64,000 bases of DNA from a bacterium (GTDB taxonomy: Bacteria > Patescibacteriota > Minisyncoccia > Phycocordibacterales > UBA1006): the NCBI GenBank assembly GCA_030433255.1, contig JAUIMI010000002.1:65177-129176 (forward strand), read 5' to 3'. The notes under the pieces were generated by a model that saw only the letters and a list, made by a program, of their open reading frames with translations, did not search any database and had not been told where the DNA came from. The translations under genes and the position numbers were made by a program. Of this stretch, positions 10,456 to 20,415 are shown one piece after another. Every line of letters starts with the position of its first letter. The stretch's first letter is position 1.

Positions 10456-10782
10456 TTAATTTCTTATAATAAATACATCATTTTCTTCTGGTAATGTTAC
10501 TTCTGGAGAAATGTTACTTCTCATTGTCTTTTTTGATACCTCTTTTTTTTCAAACAACATATCTGTTTTTTGAACTTTTATATTCTTTGGCACAAATACA
10601 TCATTTTCTTCTGGTAATGTTACTTCTGGAGAAAACTCTTTTTGAGCAACAACATCATGAGTAATCGCAATAAACACGAAAGTAAAACTTAAAAGAAAAA
10701 AAGAAGGTAACACAATATTTTTTATATTTCCCATGTATTTCATTATAACAAAATAATAAAAAATATATAACCCAGGATTCAT
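10456..10782 (-). CDS. small secreted protein with an internal SPEVTLPEENDVF repeat
   Basis: 108-aa ORF with a hydrophobic N-terminus and a 42-bp direct DNA repeat (10476-10514 and 10586-10627). The real start may be an internal Met. Confidence 0.35.
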   Translation of the reverse strand: MNPGLYIFYYFVIMKYMGNIKNIVLPSFFLLSFTFVFIAITHDVVAQKEFSPEVTLPEENDVFVPKNIKVQKTDMLFEKKEVSKKTMRSNISPEVTLPEENDVFIIRN

Positions 10783-10807
10783 GCCATTAGGTATTTTTAT
10801 GTATGAA

Positions 10808-10836
10808 TTGACATTTATCTACAATTTTTCTATAGT
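10808..10836 (+). promoter_or_regulatory. sigma70-like promoter for tRNA-Lys
   Basis: TTGACA, a 17-nt spacer, then TATAGT, about 40 nt upstream of the tRNA. Confidence 0.5.
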
Positions 10837-10878
10837 ACATCGTGTCCCATCGGGCAATTTTTATTTGAAAAACAATAT

Positions 10879-10951
10879 CCCCCTGTAGCTCAGTTGGTAG
10901 AGCAGCAGCCTTTTAAGCTGACGGTCGAAGGTTCGAGCCCTTCCGGGGGGA
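10879..10951 (+). tRNA. tRNA-Lys (anticodon UUU)
   Basis: Manual cloverleaf: acceptor CCCCCTG/CGGGGGG, D-arm GCTCAGTTGGTAGAGC, anticodon loop CTTTTAA, T-arm GAAGGTTCGAGCCCTTC. Confidence 0.85.
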
Positions 10952-11011
10952 CATATAAAATAAAAACTGTTTTGTACGGTTTTTATTTTTCTATGCTACT
11001 ATTTCAAGTAT

Positions 11012-11971
11012 ATGGTTTTAGTATGGATTATTATTTTGATTGTGAGTCTATTTGGACTCATTAAATCAGCAGATTACTTCACTGAGTATAGTGAAAAAAT
11101 TGGATTATTATTAGGAATGAGTTCATTTATTGTAGGAGCAACCATTGTTGCTATTGGGACTTCATTACCAGAATTAGTATCATCACTCTTTGCTCTTGGA
11201 GCTGGAACAACAGAATTTGTTGCTGATAATATTATTGGTTCAAATATTGCTAACGCATTACTTATTTTAGGAATAGCTGGGGTTGTTGCAAAAAAAGGAT
11301 TACAAATGACGACATCACTTATCGACGTTGATTTGCCGTTCTTTTTTATGTCGATGGCTGCTTTTGGTTATTTTGCACTTGATATGAAAATATCAACCAT
11401 TGAAGGAATATCACTGCTTATCTTTTTTATTATCTTTGTGGTTTACAACATTAAATCTGAACCAGAAGGAGAAGATCAGGATGAAATGAAAGAACTTAAA
11501 AAAACATATAAAGGAGAACGTAAGAAAATATGGAAATATAGCATGTATATTGTGATAAGTATTGGAGTATTAGCAATTTCAGCAAAATATCTGATTGATA
11601 GTATCCTCACTCTCTCTGAGTTATTAAAAATATCATCATCTACTCTTACCATTACCGTTGTTGCTTTTGGAACATCATTGCCAGAGATTTTAACCTCTGT
11701 AGCAGCAGTGCGTCGTGGAAATCATGCAATGGCAGTTGGGAATGTACTCGGATCAAACACCTTTAATTTACTGCTTATTGCAGGAATTCCAGCGCTCATC
11801 ACTCCTCTTGCTATTGCACCAACAACCTTTGAGGTAGGGTTACCATTCCTGGTAATTGCTACCTTTATTGCAATATTTGTTATGTTCGATAATAAAATTC
11901 GACCATGGGAAGGAATCGCAATGCTATTTTTCTATCTTGTCTTTATTGGAAAAATTATCGGAGTTATGTAA
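11012..11971 (+). CDS. Ca2+/Na+ antiporter (CaCA family, YrbG-like)
   Basis: Two alpha-repeat motifs, GTSLPELVSS and GTSLPEILTS; polytopic membrane protein, 319 aa. Confidence 0.75.
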   Translation: MVLVWIIILIVSLFGLIKSADYFTEYSEKIGLLLGMSSFIVGATIVAIGTSLPELVSSLFALGAGTTEFVADNIIGSNIANALLILGIAGVVAKKGLQMTTSLIDVDLPFFFMSMAAFGYFALDMKISTIEGISLLIFFIIFVVYNIKSEPEGEDQDEMKELKKTYKGERKKIWKYSMYIVISIGVLAISAKYLIDSILTLSELLKISSSTLTITVVAFGTSLPEILTSVAAVRRGNHAMAVGNVLGSNTFNLLLIAGIPALITPLAIAPTTFEVGLPFLVIATFIAIFVMFDNKIRPWEGIAMLFFYLVFIGKIIGVM

Positions 11972-11999
11972 CAAAAAACCAACATCAGTTGGTTTTTAT

Positions 12000-12677
12000 T
12001 TATATCTGTAATATAAATTTCTCTAATTCAATATCTAATGATGAATAGATATCACGATTATGGAATACATGTGTTAATTTTTGACTCATATCTTTTATTT
12101 CATCTAACGAAAACATATCAGCATATCCGGATGTTTTTTTATACACAAACGGATTCATCCCTGGGTTTGTTTGTGATGTTTTTACGAGAGCTAAATTTTT
12201 TACCTGCCAAAATAGTATTCCATGAATTTCTTCAGGACTACCTTTTTTGATAGCTTCTTGAAACAATAACCACAATTGTTTTTTATCACGTTTACCTAAT
12301 GCATCAGTCAACGAAAACATATTAAACTCCTGTTTCTTTATTTTTTCTTCTTTTCCAAAATCTTGGATATGAGCATTATTTTTTTCAAATTCTTTGGTAA
12401 TAGGTTTGGTAACAGTGTCTTCTGAAAAAATGAAAATATTATCTGATTCTGTGTATTCAGGAAGAATATCTTTTAAAGAGAGGCTTCGGGCTAAACTATG
12501 TAACACATACAATTCTTTATCCCCAAACAATCCTGTTTGAGTTGAAACGAGTTGAGATAATTCTTGTGATTGAATATCATTATCATGAACATGCTGAGGT
12601 ATTATAGAATATTTTTGGGCAATATCTTTTATATATTCTTTACGTGTATCTGATTTTCCATGTAGTAGGTATAACAT
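12000..12677 (-). CDS. holA: possible short DNA polymerase III delta subunit (HolA-like)
   Basis: N-terminal MLYLLHGKSD...YI and C-terminal ...LWLLFQEAIKKGSPEEIHGILFWQVKNL resemble delta-subunit patterns, and the gene is adjacent to polA. Weak, from memory of the family. Confidence 0.35.
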   Translation of the reverse strand: MLYLLHGKSDTRKEYIKDIAQKYSIIPQHVHDNDIQSQELSQLVSTQTGLFGDKELYVLHSLARSLSLKDILPEYTESDNIFIFSEDTVTKPITKEFEKNNAHIQDFGKEEKIKKQEFNMFSLTDALGKRDKKQLWLLFQEAIKKGSPEEIHGILFWQVKNLALVKTSQTNPGMNPFVYKKTSGYADMFSLDEIKDMSQKLTHVFHNRDIYSSLDIELEKFILQI

Positions 12678-12697
12678 ACGTACTTATTATACCAAAA

Positions 12698-12727
12698 TAA
12701 AAACAGAGTCATTACTCTGTTTTTATT
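12698..12727. terminator. bidirectional intrinsic terminator
   Basis: A-run, CAGAGT-catt-ACTCTG, T-run. Confidence 0.5.
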
Positions 12728-12732
12728 AAAAA

Positions 12733-13188
12733 TTAACTTTTTTTCAATTTTGAAACAAACAACCTTGGAAGCAGAACACCTAATAGGGTTCCTATAATAA
12801 CAACAATCAAATATAAATTAAATTTTCCTGCTCCTAAAAAAAATATTAATGCTGGAAATATTGATAGTCGAATATATGAACCTACTAATTTATTCAAGTT
12901 GTCAGCACCAAGTAGTGTAACAACAACAATCAAAAAAAGTGGTATTGCAGGTAAAAGACATAACGCAATATAATCTTGAAAATTAGTATTTTCTGCCCCA
13001 TAAACTCTTAAATACCAAGCAATTATTAAGGGGATACTGAGACCTATAAGAGCTAATGTATTATAGGCTTTTGCATTCTTTTTCTTTTTATTAAAAAACA
13101 TAAAAATAAATCCAAATGAAAAATAAAAAAGAAAAAGATAGAAATGTTTCCATTCAAATGGATAATTAAGAGAAAATAATGTTTCCAT
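12733..13188 (-). CDS. hypothetical polytopic membrane protein (151 aa)
   Basis: Four or five hydrophobic segments. Confidence 0.4.
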   Translation of the reverse strand: METLFSLNYPFEWKHFYLFLFYFSFGFIFMFFNKKKKNAKAYNTLALIGLSIPLIIAWYLRVYGAENTNFQDYIALCLLPAIPLFLIVVVTLLGADNLNKLVGSYIRLSIFPALIFFLGAGKFNLYLIVVIIGTLLGVLLPRLFVSKLKKS

Positions 13189-13248
13189 ATTATTAATTTT
13201 TTAAATTACTCATTATTAAATATAGTAATTAATTTTAATAAAGTCAAT

Positions 13249-15621
13249 TTATTTTAACTCTCCCCAATGTTTTCCGTGAGATGAATGAACTATCAGTGGA
13301 ATAGGAGAATCGTAATGTAAGTATGATTCCTTAAGGGTGTTTTCCATAATGGAAATAGCATTATTTGAAAAAATATCTACAAAATTATCATCAACTTCAT
13401 AAATAATTTCATCATGAATTTGTAGGATTAATTTTGCTTTTATTTTCTTGTGCTCTTCTGTGAGCCATGTATCAATTTGAATCATTGCTAATTTAATCAT
13501 GTCAGCAGATGTTCCTTGGATTGGAGCATTGAGTGCCATCCGCTGTGCCATTGCACGAATAAACGGTAGCTTTGAATTGATATTTTTAAATTGTCTTTTA
13601 CGCCCAAATAATGTTTCTGTATACCCATGAACTCGTGCATGTTCTTTTGTTGCTTCGAGGTATGCGGTAGCTTTTGGGAATTGTAAGAAAAATCCATCAT
13701 AAAATTTCTGAGCTTCCGCACGATCAGTATCCATCTCTTTTTTTAAAGAGTTAATTCCCATTCCATACAAAATTCCAAAGTTTACAATCTTTGCCTTACG
13801 CCGCATTTCTCTATCAACCTCGGCAACAGGAACACCACCAATAAGAGACGCAACCGCTGCATGAATGTCTTGTCCTTCATTAAAAATTTTAATCAATGCT
13901 TCATCACCTGAAAGAATAGCTAGACAACGTAATTCAATCTGAGAATAATCCAACGAAACTAGTTGTGTATTTTTTTCTGCAACAAACCCTTCGCGAATTT
14001 TTCGCCCTAATTCAGTCCGCGTTGGAATATTTTGCATATTTGGATTTCGTGAAGAAAAACGTCCTGTTACGGTTCCATTTTGAATAAATTCTGCATGGAG
14101 TCGTTTGTCATCCCCAACCATGTCAGGAATATTATCAATGTATGTTGAAAGTAATTTATCTAATTCTCGATATTCACTAATATAATGTATTACTTCGTGC
14201 TCACCTTCAAGCTTTTCGAGTGTTTTTGCATTTGTTGAATATGAACCTGTTTTAGATTTCTTAATACCTTTGGTTGGTAAACCTAAGTCTTCAAATAAGG
14301 CCTTTGAAAGTTGTTTAGGGGATTTTATATTAAATTCAGAACCAACGATGGTATGAATCTTTTTTGCAAGAATATCAAGTTCAGTATGATATTGTTTTGA
14401 AAGTTGTATGAAAAAATTCTGATCAACCAAAATTCCATTTTTTTGCATTTCATCAATTACAGGTATTAATGGTTTTTCTATGTGTGTATATACAAGTGAA
14501 ACCTTTCTATCTTTTTGAAGGGTTTCATTCAGTTTTTGAAAAGCTGTTGCTCCTTTTTTTTCTTTTGTGAACCCCTTAATCTCATCAAGAGTTGCATTCG
14601 TTACATCAGAATCGATAAGCCATAATTTAACAGCTGATTCATGGATAGTTGATTCGTCTAACATCTCTTCTTCTGCCGTTTCAGGTTTAATAAGGTGTGA
14701 TAACCCAAGTGAATCATGTAATCGATTTGGAAGAGTCCTGAGTTCATATTGCTCAAAAATTTCTAAAGCTTTGCTTATATTAACAGCATCTTTCCATGAT
14801 TTTTTAGGAAGTTCAAATGTAATAGGTGCGTCATGACGAATGGTAGCAATAACCTTTGAAAATTCTGCTTCTTCTTTTCCACTCTGGATGAGTGAAACCA
14901 TACGCTTTGTCAGACCTGCACTCAATAGTTCTTCATCTCCTTTTTCAAGTGATGCGTACAGTCGTTCAATTGTCTCAAATTTTTCTATAGCTAATGTAGC
15001 CGCCTTGTCTCCAATACCTTTTATACCAGGAATATTATCAGAAGTATCACCACGAAGAGCTTTGTAATCAATAATTGAAAGTGGTCTAAATCCAAACCGA
15101 TCAATAACCGCTTGTTCATCATAAACGATAGTATCATTGAGTCCGCGTTTTAATGTATATACTTGAACCCGTTTCTTATCAACCAATTGTAAGGTATCCA
15201 TGTCTCCAGAAGCAATAATAATATCAACATCATTATTACTTTTTAGTTGGGTAGTAATAGTCCCTAATATATCGTCTGCCTCAAAGCCAGCGGCATCATA
15301 TACAGGAATAGCAAATGCGTCACAAATATCACGTGTTGGGTTAAATTGCATCTTTAGTGCATCATCAGTTTTTGAGCGACCTCCCTTGTAATCAGCAAAT
15401 GATTCATGGCGGAAGGTTGGTCCGGGTAAATCATAACAAGCAACAATATGGTCAGGCTGAAACTCATCAATTATTTTTAATACCATCATGGCAAAACCAT
15501 AAATTGCTCCTGTTGGTCGTCCATCACGCGTCATGAAATCGGGCATCGCATGGTAGGCACGGTGAATAATCGCATGTGCATCAAGGAGTACAAGGAGTTG
15601 TTTACGAGAGTTTTTTTTCAT
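13249..15621 (-). CDS. polA: DNA polymerase I (5'-3' exonuclease plus polymerase; no obvious 3'-5' exo)
   Basis: N-terminal 5' nuclease (LLDAHAIIHRAYHA, GIKGIGDKAA HhH), family A motifs DYSQIELR and QIHDE; 790 aa. Confidence 0.9.
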   Translation of the reverse strand: MKKNSRKQLLVLLDAHAIIHRAYHAMPDFMTRDGRPTGAIYGFAMMVLKIIDEFQPDHIVACYDLPGPTFRHESFADYKGGRSKTDDALKMQFNPTRDICDAFAIPVYDAAGFEADDILGTITTQLKSNNDVDIIIASGDMDTLQLVDKKRVQVYTLKRGLNDTIVYDEQAVIDRFGFRPLSIIDYKALRGDTSDNIPGIKGIGDKAATLAIEKFETIERLYASLEKGDEELLSAGLTKRMVSLIQSGKEEAEFSKVIATIRHDAPITFELPKKSWKDAVNISKALEIFEQYELRTLPNRLHDSLGLSHLIKPETAEEEMLDESTIHESAVKLWLIDSDVTNATLDEIKGFTKEKKGATAFQKLNETLQKDRKVSLVYTHIEKPLIPVIDEMQKNGILVDQNFFIQLSKQYHTELDILAKKIHTIVGSEFNIKSPKQLSKALFEDLGLPTKGIKKSKTGSYSTNAKTLEKLEGEHEVIHYISEYRELDKLLSTYIDNIPDMVGDDKRLHAEFIQNGTVTGRFSSRNPNMQNIPTRTELGRKIREGFVAEKNTQLVSLDYSQIELRCLAILSGDEALIKIFNEGQDIHAAVASLIGGVPVAEVDREMRRKAKIVNFGILYGMGINSLKKEMDTDRAEAQKFYDGFFLQFPKATAYLEATKEHARVHGYTETLFGRKRQFKNINSKLPFIRAMAQRMALNAPIQGTSADMIKLAMIQIDTWLTEEHKKIKAKLILQIHDEIIYEVDDNFVDIFSNNAISIMENTLKESYLHYDSPIPLIVHSSHGKHWGELK

Positions 15622-15642
15622 ATTTCAAGTATACCACGCAAC

Positions 15643-15672
15643 AAAAAACAACCATCTTTATGGTTGTTTTTT
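15643..15672. terminator. intrinsic terminator between tsaE and polA
   Basis: CAACCA-tcttta-TGGTTG plus T6. Confidence 0.5.
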
Positions 15673-16101
15673 AATATGAAGTGTTCGTGAGTAATCATCA
15701 TTAATGGTAAGGGAAATGAATGTCGTATTATCAGGAAATGAAATCCCTGAAACCATCTCTGGCCACTCCACGATAATACAGGTATGTGGGTTGTGAATAA
15801 TTTTATTCCATCCTAAATATTCTAATTCTTCTTTGTTGTTAAGTCGATAAGCATCAATATGAATGAGTTTTTGTATCCAAGTATGGTTATTAATATCATA
15901 CTCTTTTTGAATTACAAATGTTGGACTCGTAATTGGTTCACCAACACCTAAACAACGTGCAATTGATTGTGTAAAAGTAGTTTTACCTGCACCAACTTCT
16001 CCAGACAAACAAATAACAGTTGCTGTTGTTTGTTGTTCTTTATTTGAAAAAAAATTACACACCCATGAATCTAAATTATGTATATCAAGACGTACTTCCA
16101 T
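15658..16101 (-). CDS. tsaE: tRNA threonylcarbamoyladenosine biosynthesis protein TsaE (YjeE)
   Basis: P-loop LSGEVGAGKTTFTQSIARCLGV and the characteristic length of 147 aa. Confidence 0.8.
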   Translation of the reverse strand: MEVRLDIHNLDSWVCNFFSNKEQQTTATVICLSGEVGAGKTTFTQSIARCLGVGEPITSPTFVIQKEYDINNHTWIQKLIHIDAYRLNNKEELEYLGWNKIIHNPHTCIIVEWPEMVSGISFPDNTTFISLTINDDYSRTLHIKKQP

Positions 16102-16124
16102 AGAAAAAATATACCAAATTACAA

Positions 16125-16152
16125 ATAAAAAACACCATATGGTGTTTTTTAT
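16125..16152. terminator. intrinsic terminator
   Basis: AACACCAT-at-GGTGTT plus T-run. Confidence 0.5.
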
Positions 16153-16165
16153 TTGTAATTAATTA

Positions 16166-19100
16166 TTAACCTCGATTTGGTCGATATGGTTGATAATAAT
16201 CATCTTGTGGTGCTGGTGCAACAGGTGCATCAAAACGTGGTGCAGGCTCTCGGTATACTGGAGCTTGCGCTGCGTACCCGTTATCATACCGTGGTGCTCC
16301 TCCATAAGGATTATTATACCCACCAATATATGCTTGAGCACGCAAGTCTTCACGTTCAAGATATAACCACCGTGCTACCAAGAAGATGATAAATAACCCT
16401 AGAAGAATTACTAACCATCCAAGGAAGGTAATATTTGTTAACCCAAATACAGAAGCAGTTACTCCAGCAACCTGAACTCCGTACTCATCGAGATCAAAAT
16501 CTCGAGCATTTTCTTGAGCTTCATTTACTGGATTGTCATATACAATTTCTGCATCAGCAGTAAGCAAGTTTCCAACCGTACCTCGTCCAACAATACCAGA
16601 AACGGTCATTCGTCCACTTTCACCAGGTCGATTATCTTCGTAATCAGCCCCGTAGAGTTCATCAATAGATAAGTAAATTTTGTTACTATCATTATCAAGA
16701 CGTCCTCGAGAAATATCAGTTATTTGAATCTCTTGTGGGATAGTTACTTCTAGTTCTAAATCTTCAAGATCAAGTTCAGAAATATTTTCCCATTCAATTT
16801 CATATTCAACTGATTCTCCACGTGTTACTACTTCTTCGTCGTTATCAATGTCAAGACGAATAAGAGAAAGTCCTAATCCTAGTCCTAGTAAGTCAATTTC
16901 AGTTTCGTCTTCTTCTACAACAGTAATTGTCACAGGAGGTTGTGGGTTTCCAACTGAAACTACATTTGGTGTATTAAAACACTTAATCGCCCCCGTATCA
17001 GTTCCGTATTGTGTTCGAATTACAGACTGTACACAGTATTGAGTTCCAGAAGCAAGGTTCGTAAAGTTATGTGAACATGTCCCATACCCAGAACCAACGT
17101 TGTATGTTCGCGTTTGTTTTCCAAGAGCAGCTGTACGTCCGTAATTAAACCAACATGTTCCAGAAGGGGCATTCGTTATGTACAATCCGCTTAGGTATGC
17201 AGAATTTGAAGTAATATTTGTTGGGTTTTCTGTTGAAATAATAGGTGCTTGTCCTATTGGAATGTTTTGACCTAATGTTCGTAGTGTCCGTGTTGGGGCA
17301 CACCCATGTGGTGTACATGCTCGGTATAGATAGGTTGTATTAGGTGTTAACCCAGATACACGTGTACACCAATCTCCCTCACTTCGTTGACTTGTAGGTG
17401 TTGAGGTATATGAATTTTGATTTGTTGTTCTAAATTCAATCCATGTTTGTTGTGATGACCCTCCATCTTCTCGCAAGTCACCACACATTTCTGCAGTTGT
17501 TTGTGTTACAGAACCAGGAGTTAATGTTACTACTTGTACATTGTTGTTTTGATAATCTTCTGTTTCAAAATCTTCAACAATACCACATTTAATATCATCA
17601 TTTCCATTATGTTCGTATTCTACACATAGTCTAAAATAAATTCGTTCATTAGTATTAAGTCCATTTACATTCAAACTAAAGGTAGAGTCTCCATCAAAAT
17701 TATTTTCTATTTTTTGTTTTTGTAAATTATCTCCATCACTATCAATATCAGAGTATCGATTTTCATCAGAAACATCTTGGATTTGACTTAAATCTTCACC
17801 CCAAACAAAGAACACATCTCCATCTTGGTAAGAACTCATGTCGACATACCCTCTAAGTTTTGCAGAAGATTCTGTAACAGATTGCTCTGTTCTGGTTTCA
17901 ACCACAAAACTACCAGATGGTCCCGAAGAGTCTTCAACTTCAAAATCTTCTATATTTCCAGAAATAATATTCCCATTATCTTCATTAATAGCACATGCTT
18001 TATAATAATAATCACCGTTTGGAAGAGTATCTAATGCATCTTGCAATTCATATTCAAAATCTTGGTCAGAACCAATATTATCATCAACAATTAAATGAAT
18101 ACTTGTTATTCCATTAGTACATGAAACAGAGGAAGAATCAGATAGTGCAAAATAAACAGTGTAGTCATCATTATCAACATCTTGAATTTCTCCATTCAAA
18201 ACTACATCATCTCCAGATAAAGTTGGATTATGTGTTTCCACTGTAGTAGAAGTAGTATTTCCATTATCATCAGTTGAAAAGTGTTCTACTGGACCTTGTT
18301 TGATAGTACTTGATCCAATTTCTTGTGCACATGCACGGTAGTAGTAATCAGTATCAGAAGTAAGACCTGATCGATCAGCAGAGAAGGTATCTCCTGCTTC
18401 TAGTGGGTAATTTCCAGAGAAATTAACACCATATACCGCTGTAAAATATCCTGATGTACAGCTAAATGAATCATCGTAACTCAACACAAAGAATACTTGG
18501 TTTGTTTCTCCTGATTCAATTTCACCATTTAGTGTTACGGTTGTTGTACCGAGGTTTGTTTCATTATTAGTATCAACTTCAAGATCATCACCTCCAGAAC
18601 CTGAACATCCAGAAGTACTTGATGATGCAGGTTGTGCACCTGAGTTTGAACAGTTTGAATTAGAAACTTCATTTCCTGTTTGATCTTCTTCACAATATAC
18701 ATCACGGTATTTCACTCCATTAATACATTGTCCCCAAGAACCTGTTTGCCATGAGTAGGTGTAATTAGGTGTGTTGTCAGTAGTATTCGTTACTTCAAAT
18801 GTTACGATAAGGTACCCTTGATCACACCACCCACTTTCATGAGTGTCTAAATCTCCAATTGGAGCACCTGAACCAAGAACTTGGTTTCCTGAAACCGTAA
18901 CGTAGTGGTTGTACCCAGCACAGTAGCTAGGGTCTGTTGTTCCGTGGGTATTTTCAACATACCCTGAAACAAATTCAAAATCATATGAATTAGGTAATCC
19001 ATATACGTATACACTATCAGAAATAGATGATGCACCTGAACCAGAAAGTGTTCCGGTGATTCGTCCAGAACTATTAGGTTCTGTTAGTTTTCCACGCACA

Positions 19101-19369
19101 TTATAAATAGTAGCGTTTCCTTGGTTTCGGTAATCCATGTACACAGTAAATCGTTCAGAATCATTATAATCTGGGATGTTTACTGTAATTGAATTATCTT
19201 CATTTGCACAGTTAGAACAGCTATTTCCTTCTGCAATAGAAAGAAAACCTGTCCCTTGATCTGCTGGGTCATTATCAAATTGACCAGCAGCATCAGCGAA
19301 AATAGCTCCTCCAATAAAGAGTGCTGATACCATAAAGGTTTTTAAGATTGTTGTAATAAAAGTTTTCAT
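16166..19369 (-). CDS. giant cell-surface protein with a C-terminal TM anchor and a Pro/Tyr-rich cytoplasmic tail
   Basis: The signal peptide MKTFITTILKTFMVSALFIGGAIFADA starts at an internal Met. The ORF track starts at 19447, but a TTGACA-N17-TAATAT promoter lies inside that extension. Many Cys-pair-containing repeats, a C-terminal TM (FLGWLVILLGLFIIFLV) and a YNNPYGGAPRYDNGY...PAPRFDAP tail. Confidence 0.55.
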   Translation of the reverse strand: MKTFITTILKTFMVSALFIGGAIFADAAGQFDNDPADQGTGFLSIAEGNSCSNCANEDNSITVNIPDYNDSERFTVYMDYRNQGNATIYNVRGKLTEPNSSGRITGTLSGSGASSISDSVYVYGLPNSYDFEFVSGYVENTHGTTDPSYCAGYNHYVTVSGNQVLGSGAPIGDLDTHESGWCDQGYLIVTFEVTNTTDNTPNYTYSWQTGSWGQCINGVKYRDVYCEEDQTGNEVSNSNCSNSGAQPASSSTSGCSGSGGDDLEVDTNNETNLGTTTVTLNGEIESGETNQVFFVLSYDDSFSCTSGYFTAVYGVNFSGNYPLEAGDTFSADRSGLTSDTDYYYRACAQEIGSSTIKQGPVEHFSTDDNGNTTSTTVETHNPTLSGDDVVLNGEIQDVDNDDYTVYFALSDSSSVSCTNGITSIHLIVDDNIGSDQDFEYELQDALDTLPNGDYYYKACAINEDNGNIISGNIEDFEVEDSSGPSGSFVVETRTEQSVTESSAKLRGYVDMSSYQDGDVFFVWGEDLSQIQDVSDENRYSDIDSDGDNLQKQKIENNFDGDSTFSLNVNGLNTNERIYFRLCVEYEHNGNDDIKCGIVEDFETEDYQNNNVQVVTLTPGSVTQTTAEMCGDLREDGGSSQQTWIEFRTTNQNSYTSTPTSQRSEGDWCTRVSGLTPNTTYLYRACTPHGCAPTRTLRTLGQNIPIGQAPIISTENPTNITSNSAYLSGLYITNAPSGTCWFNYGRTAALGKQTRTYNVGSGYGTCSHNFTNLASGTQYCVQSVIRTQYGTDTGAIKCFNTPNVVSVGNPQPPVTITVVEEDETEIDLLGLGLGLSLIRLDIDNDEEVVTRGESVEYEIEWENISELDLEDLELEVTIPQEIQITDISRGRLDNDSNKIYLSIDELYGADYEDNRPGESGRMTVSGIVGRGTVGNLLTADAEIVYDNPVNEAQENARDFDLDEYGVQVAGVTASVFGLTNITFLGWLVILLGLFIIFLVARWLYLEREDLRAQAYIGGYNNPYGGAPRYDNGYAAQAPVYREPAPRFDAPVAPAPQDDYYQPYRPNRG

Positions 19370-19418
19370 AATTCGTAAAATAATAAAGTTGAAATAATAC
19401 TTAATGAGTAATAAATAT

Positions 19419-19449
19419 ATATTATCATATATATTTATTATTGTCAAGT
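19419..19449 (-). promoter_or_regulatory. sigma70-like promoter of the giant surface-protein gene
   Basis: Read on the minus strand: ACTTGACAA, a 17-nt spacer, then TAATAT. Confidence 0.45.
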
Positions 19450-19566
19450 TATATACATTCCATGGTATGAGTTTTTAACCGTATGTTAAACACTCATGCA
19501 TAGAAGAAACCTTCCCTTCTTATTATATAACAAATAATAAAGAAAGGTTTCAAATATAATGTAGTT

Positions 19567-20289
19567 TTAAAAACGAAGCAAAACTATTGCATTTGGGTTA
19601 TGGTCAACACCTCCACCAGAATTTCCAACACCTCCACCTCCTTCTTTTGCAAAAGGTTTATTGTGCCAATCAAACCACTCTCCGTCTGACAACCCCTCAA
19701 CGAGAGTTGTGGCGGTAAGAATAGTTAGAGGATAAAACCACCAACCATTTTTTTGACCCCATGTTCGTGTATCTACCTGAAGAGTTTTATTTAAATCTTC
19801 AAGAGACCATGTTTGCGTCAAATTTGGATAAGAATTCGTTAGTAATCCTGGTTGCTGGTTAACACCACCATCAATAAATACAACATCCTGATTTGTTGTT
19901 GGTGTAACAAACGTATCATTAGGACAATTGCAAGGCTGTGTAACGGTAATATTAGATATAGCGTACATTGTTGAGTTACGAATAGGGTTGCCACAATCAT
20001 AAGCTCGCAAGGGTTCTGATGTATACTTATTGGCTACATACTTTTGACCAGCCACCAAACGACAACCACCATTTTCACCTTGGTTTCGTTGGTGTGCAAT
20101 AGGTCGCATATCTATCCACAACTCTTGCCCAACAGGGACTGTCATAAGAATTTCACCTTCGTATACTTTTTTTGCATCTTTGGTGTAATTTTCTACTAAA
20201 TTGCAATAACATTTTTGTTCTTGGGCTTGTGTTTCATAACAAACCATAGAGATCAATACTATAACAAAAAGGTATAGATTTTTTTTCAT
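19567..20289 (-). CDS. secreted Cys-rich protein with a Gly-rich C-terminal VDHNPN tail
   Basis: Signal peptide; C-terminus GGGGVGNSGGGVDHNPNAIVLLRF, shared with the next gene. Confidence 0.45.
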   Translation of the reverse strand: MKKNLYLFVIVLISMVCYETQAQEQKCYCNLVENYTKDAKKVYEGEILMTVPVGQELWIDMRPIAHQRNQGENGGCRLVAGQKYVANKYTSEPLRAYDCGNPIRNSTMYAISNITVTQPCNCPNDTFVTPTTNQDVVFIDGGVNQQPGLLTNSYPNLTQTWSLEDLNKTLQVDTRTWGQKNGWWFYPLTILTATTLVEGLSDGEWFDWHNKPFAKEGGGGVGNSGGGVDHNPNAIVLLRF

Positions 20290-20379
20290 TTTTTTTAAAT
20301 TTTAAGATTTATATAAAAAATAACATTTTTGTTGTGTTTGTCAATATTTCTGAGCACTTATCCACAAAATTCACACATA

Positions 20380-20408
20380 AAAAAGCCTAATAAAATTAGG
20401 CTTTTTAT
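20380..20408. terminator. intrinsic terminator
   Basis: AAAGCCTAA-taaaa-TTAGGCTTT plus T-run. Confidence 0.5.
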
Positions 20409-20415
20409 TCAATTG

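Noticed and set aside
20358-20366. Isolated perfect DnaA boxes TTATCCACA at 20358-20366 and 48184-48192
   Set aside because: Single 9-mers in AT-rich intergenic DNA. About 0.5-1 chance occurrences are expected per 64 kb, and no clustering is seen. The real cluster is around dnaA.
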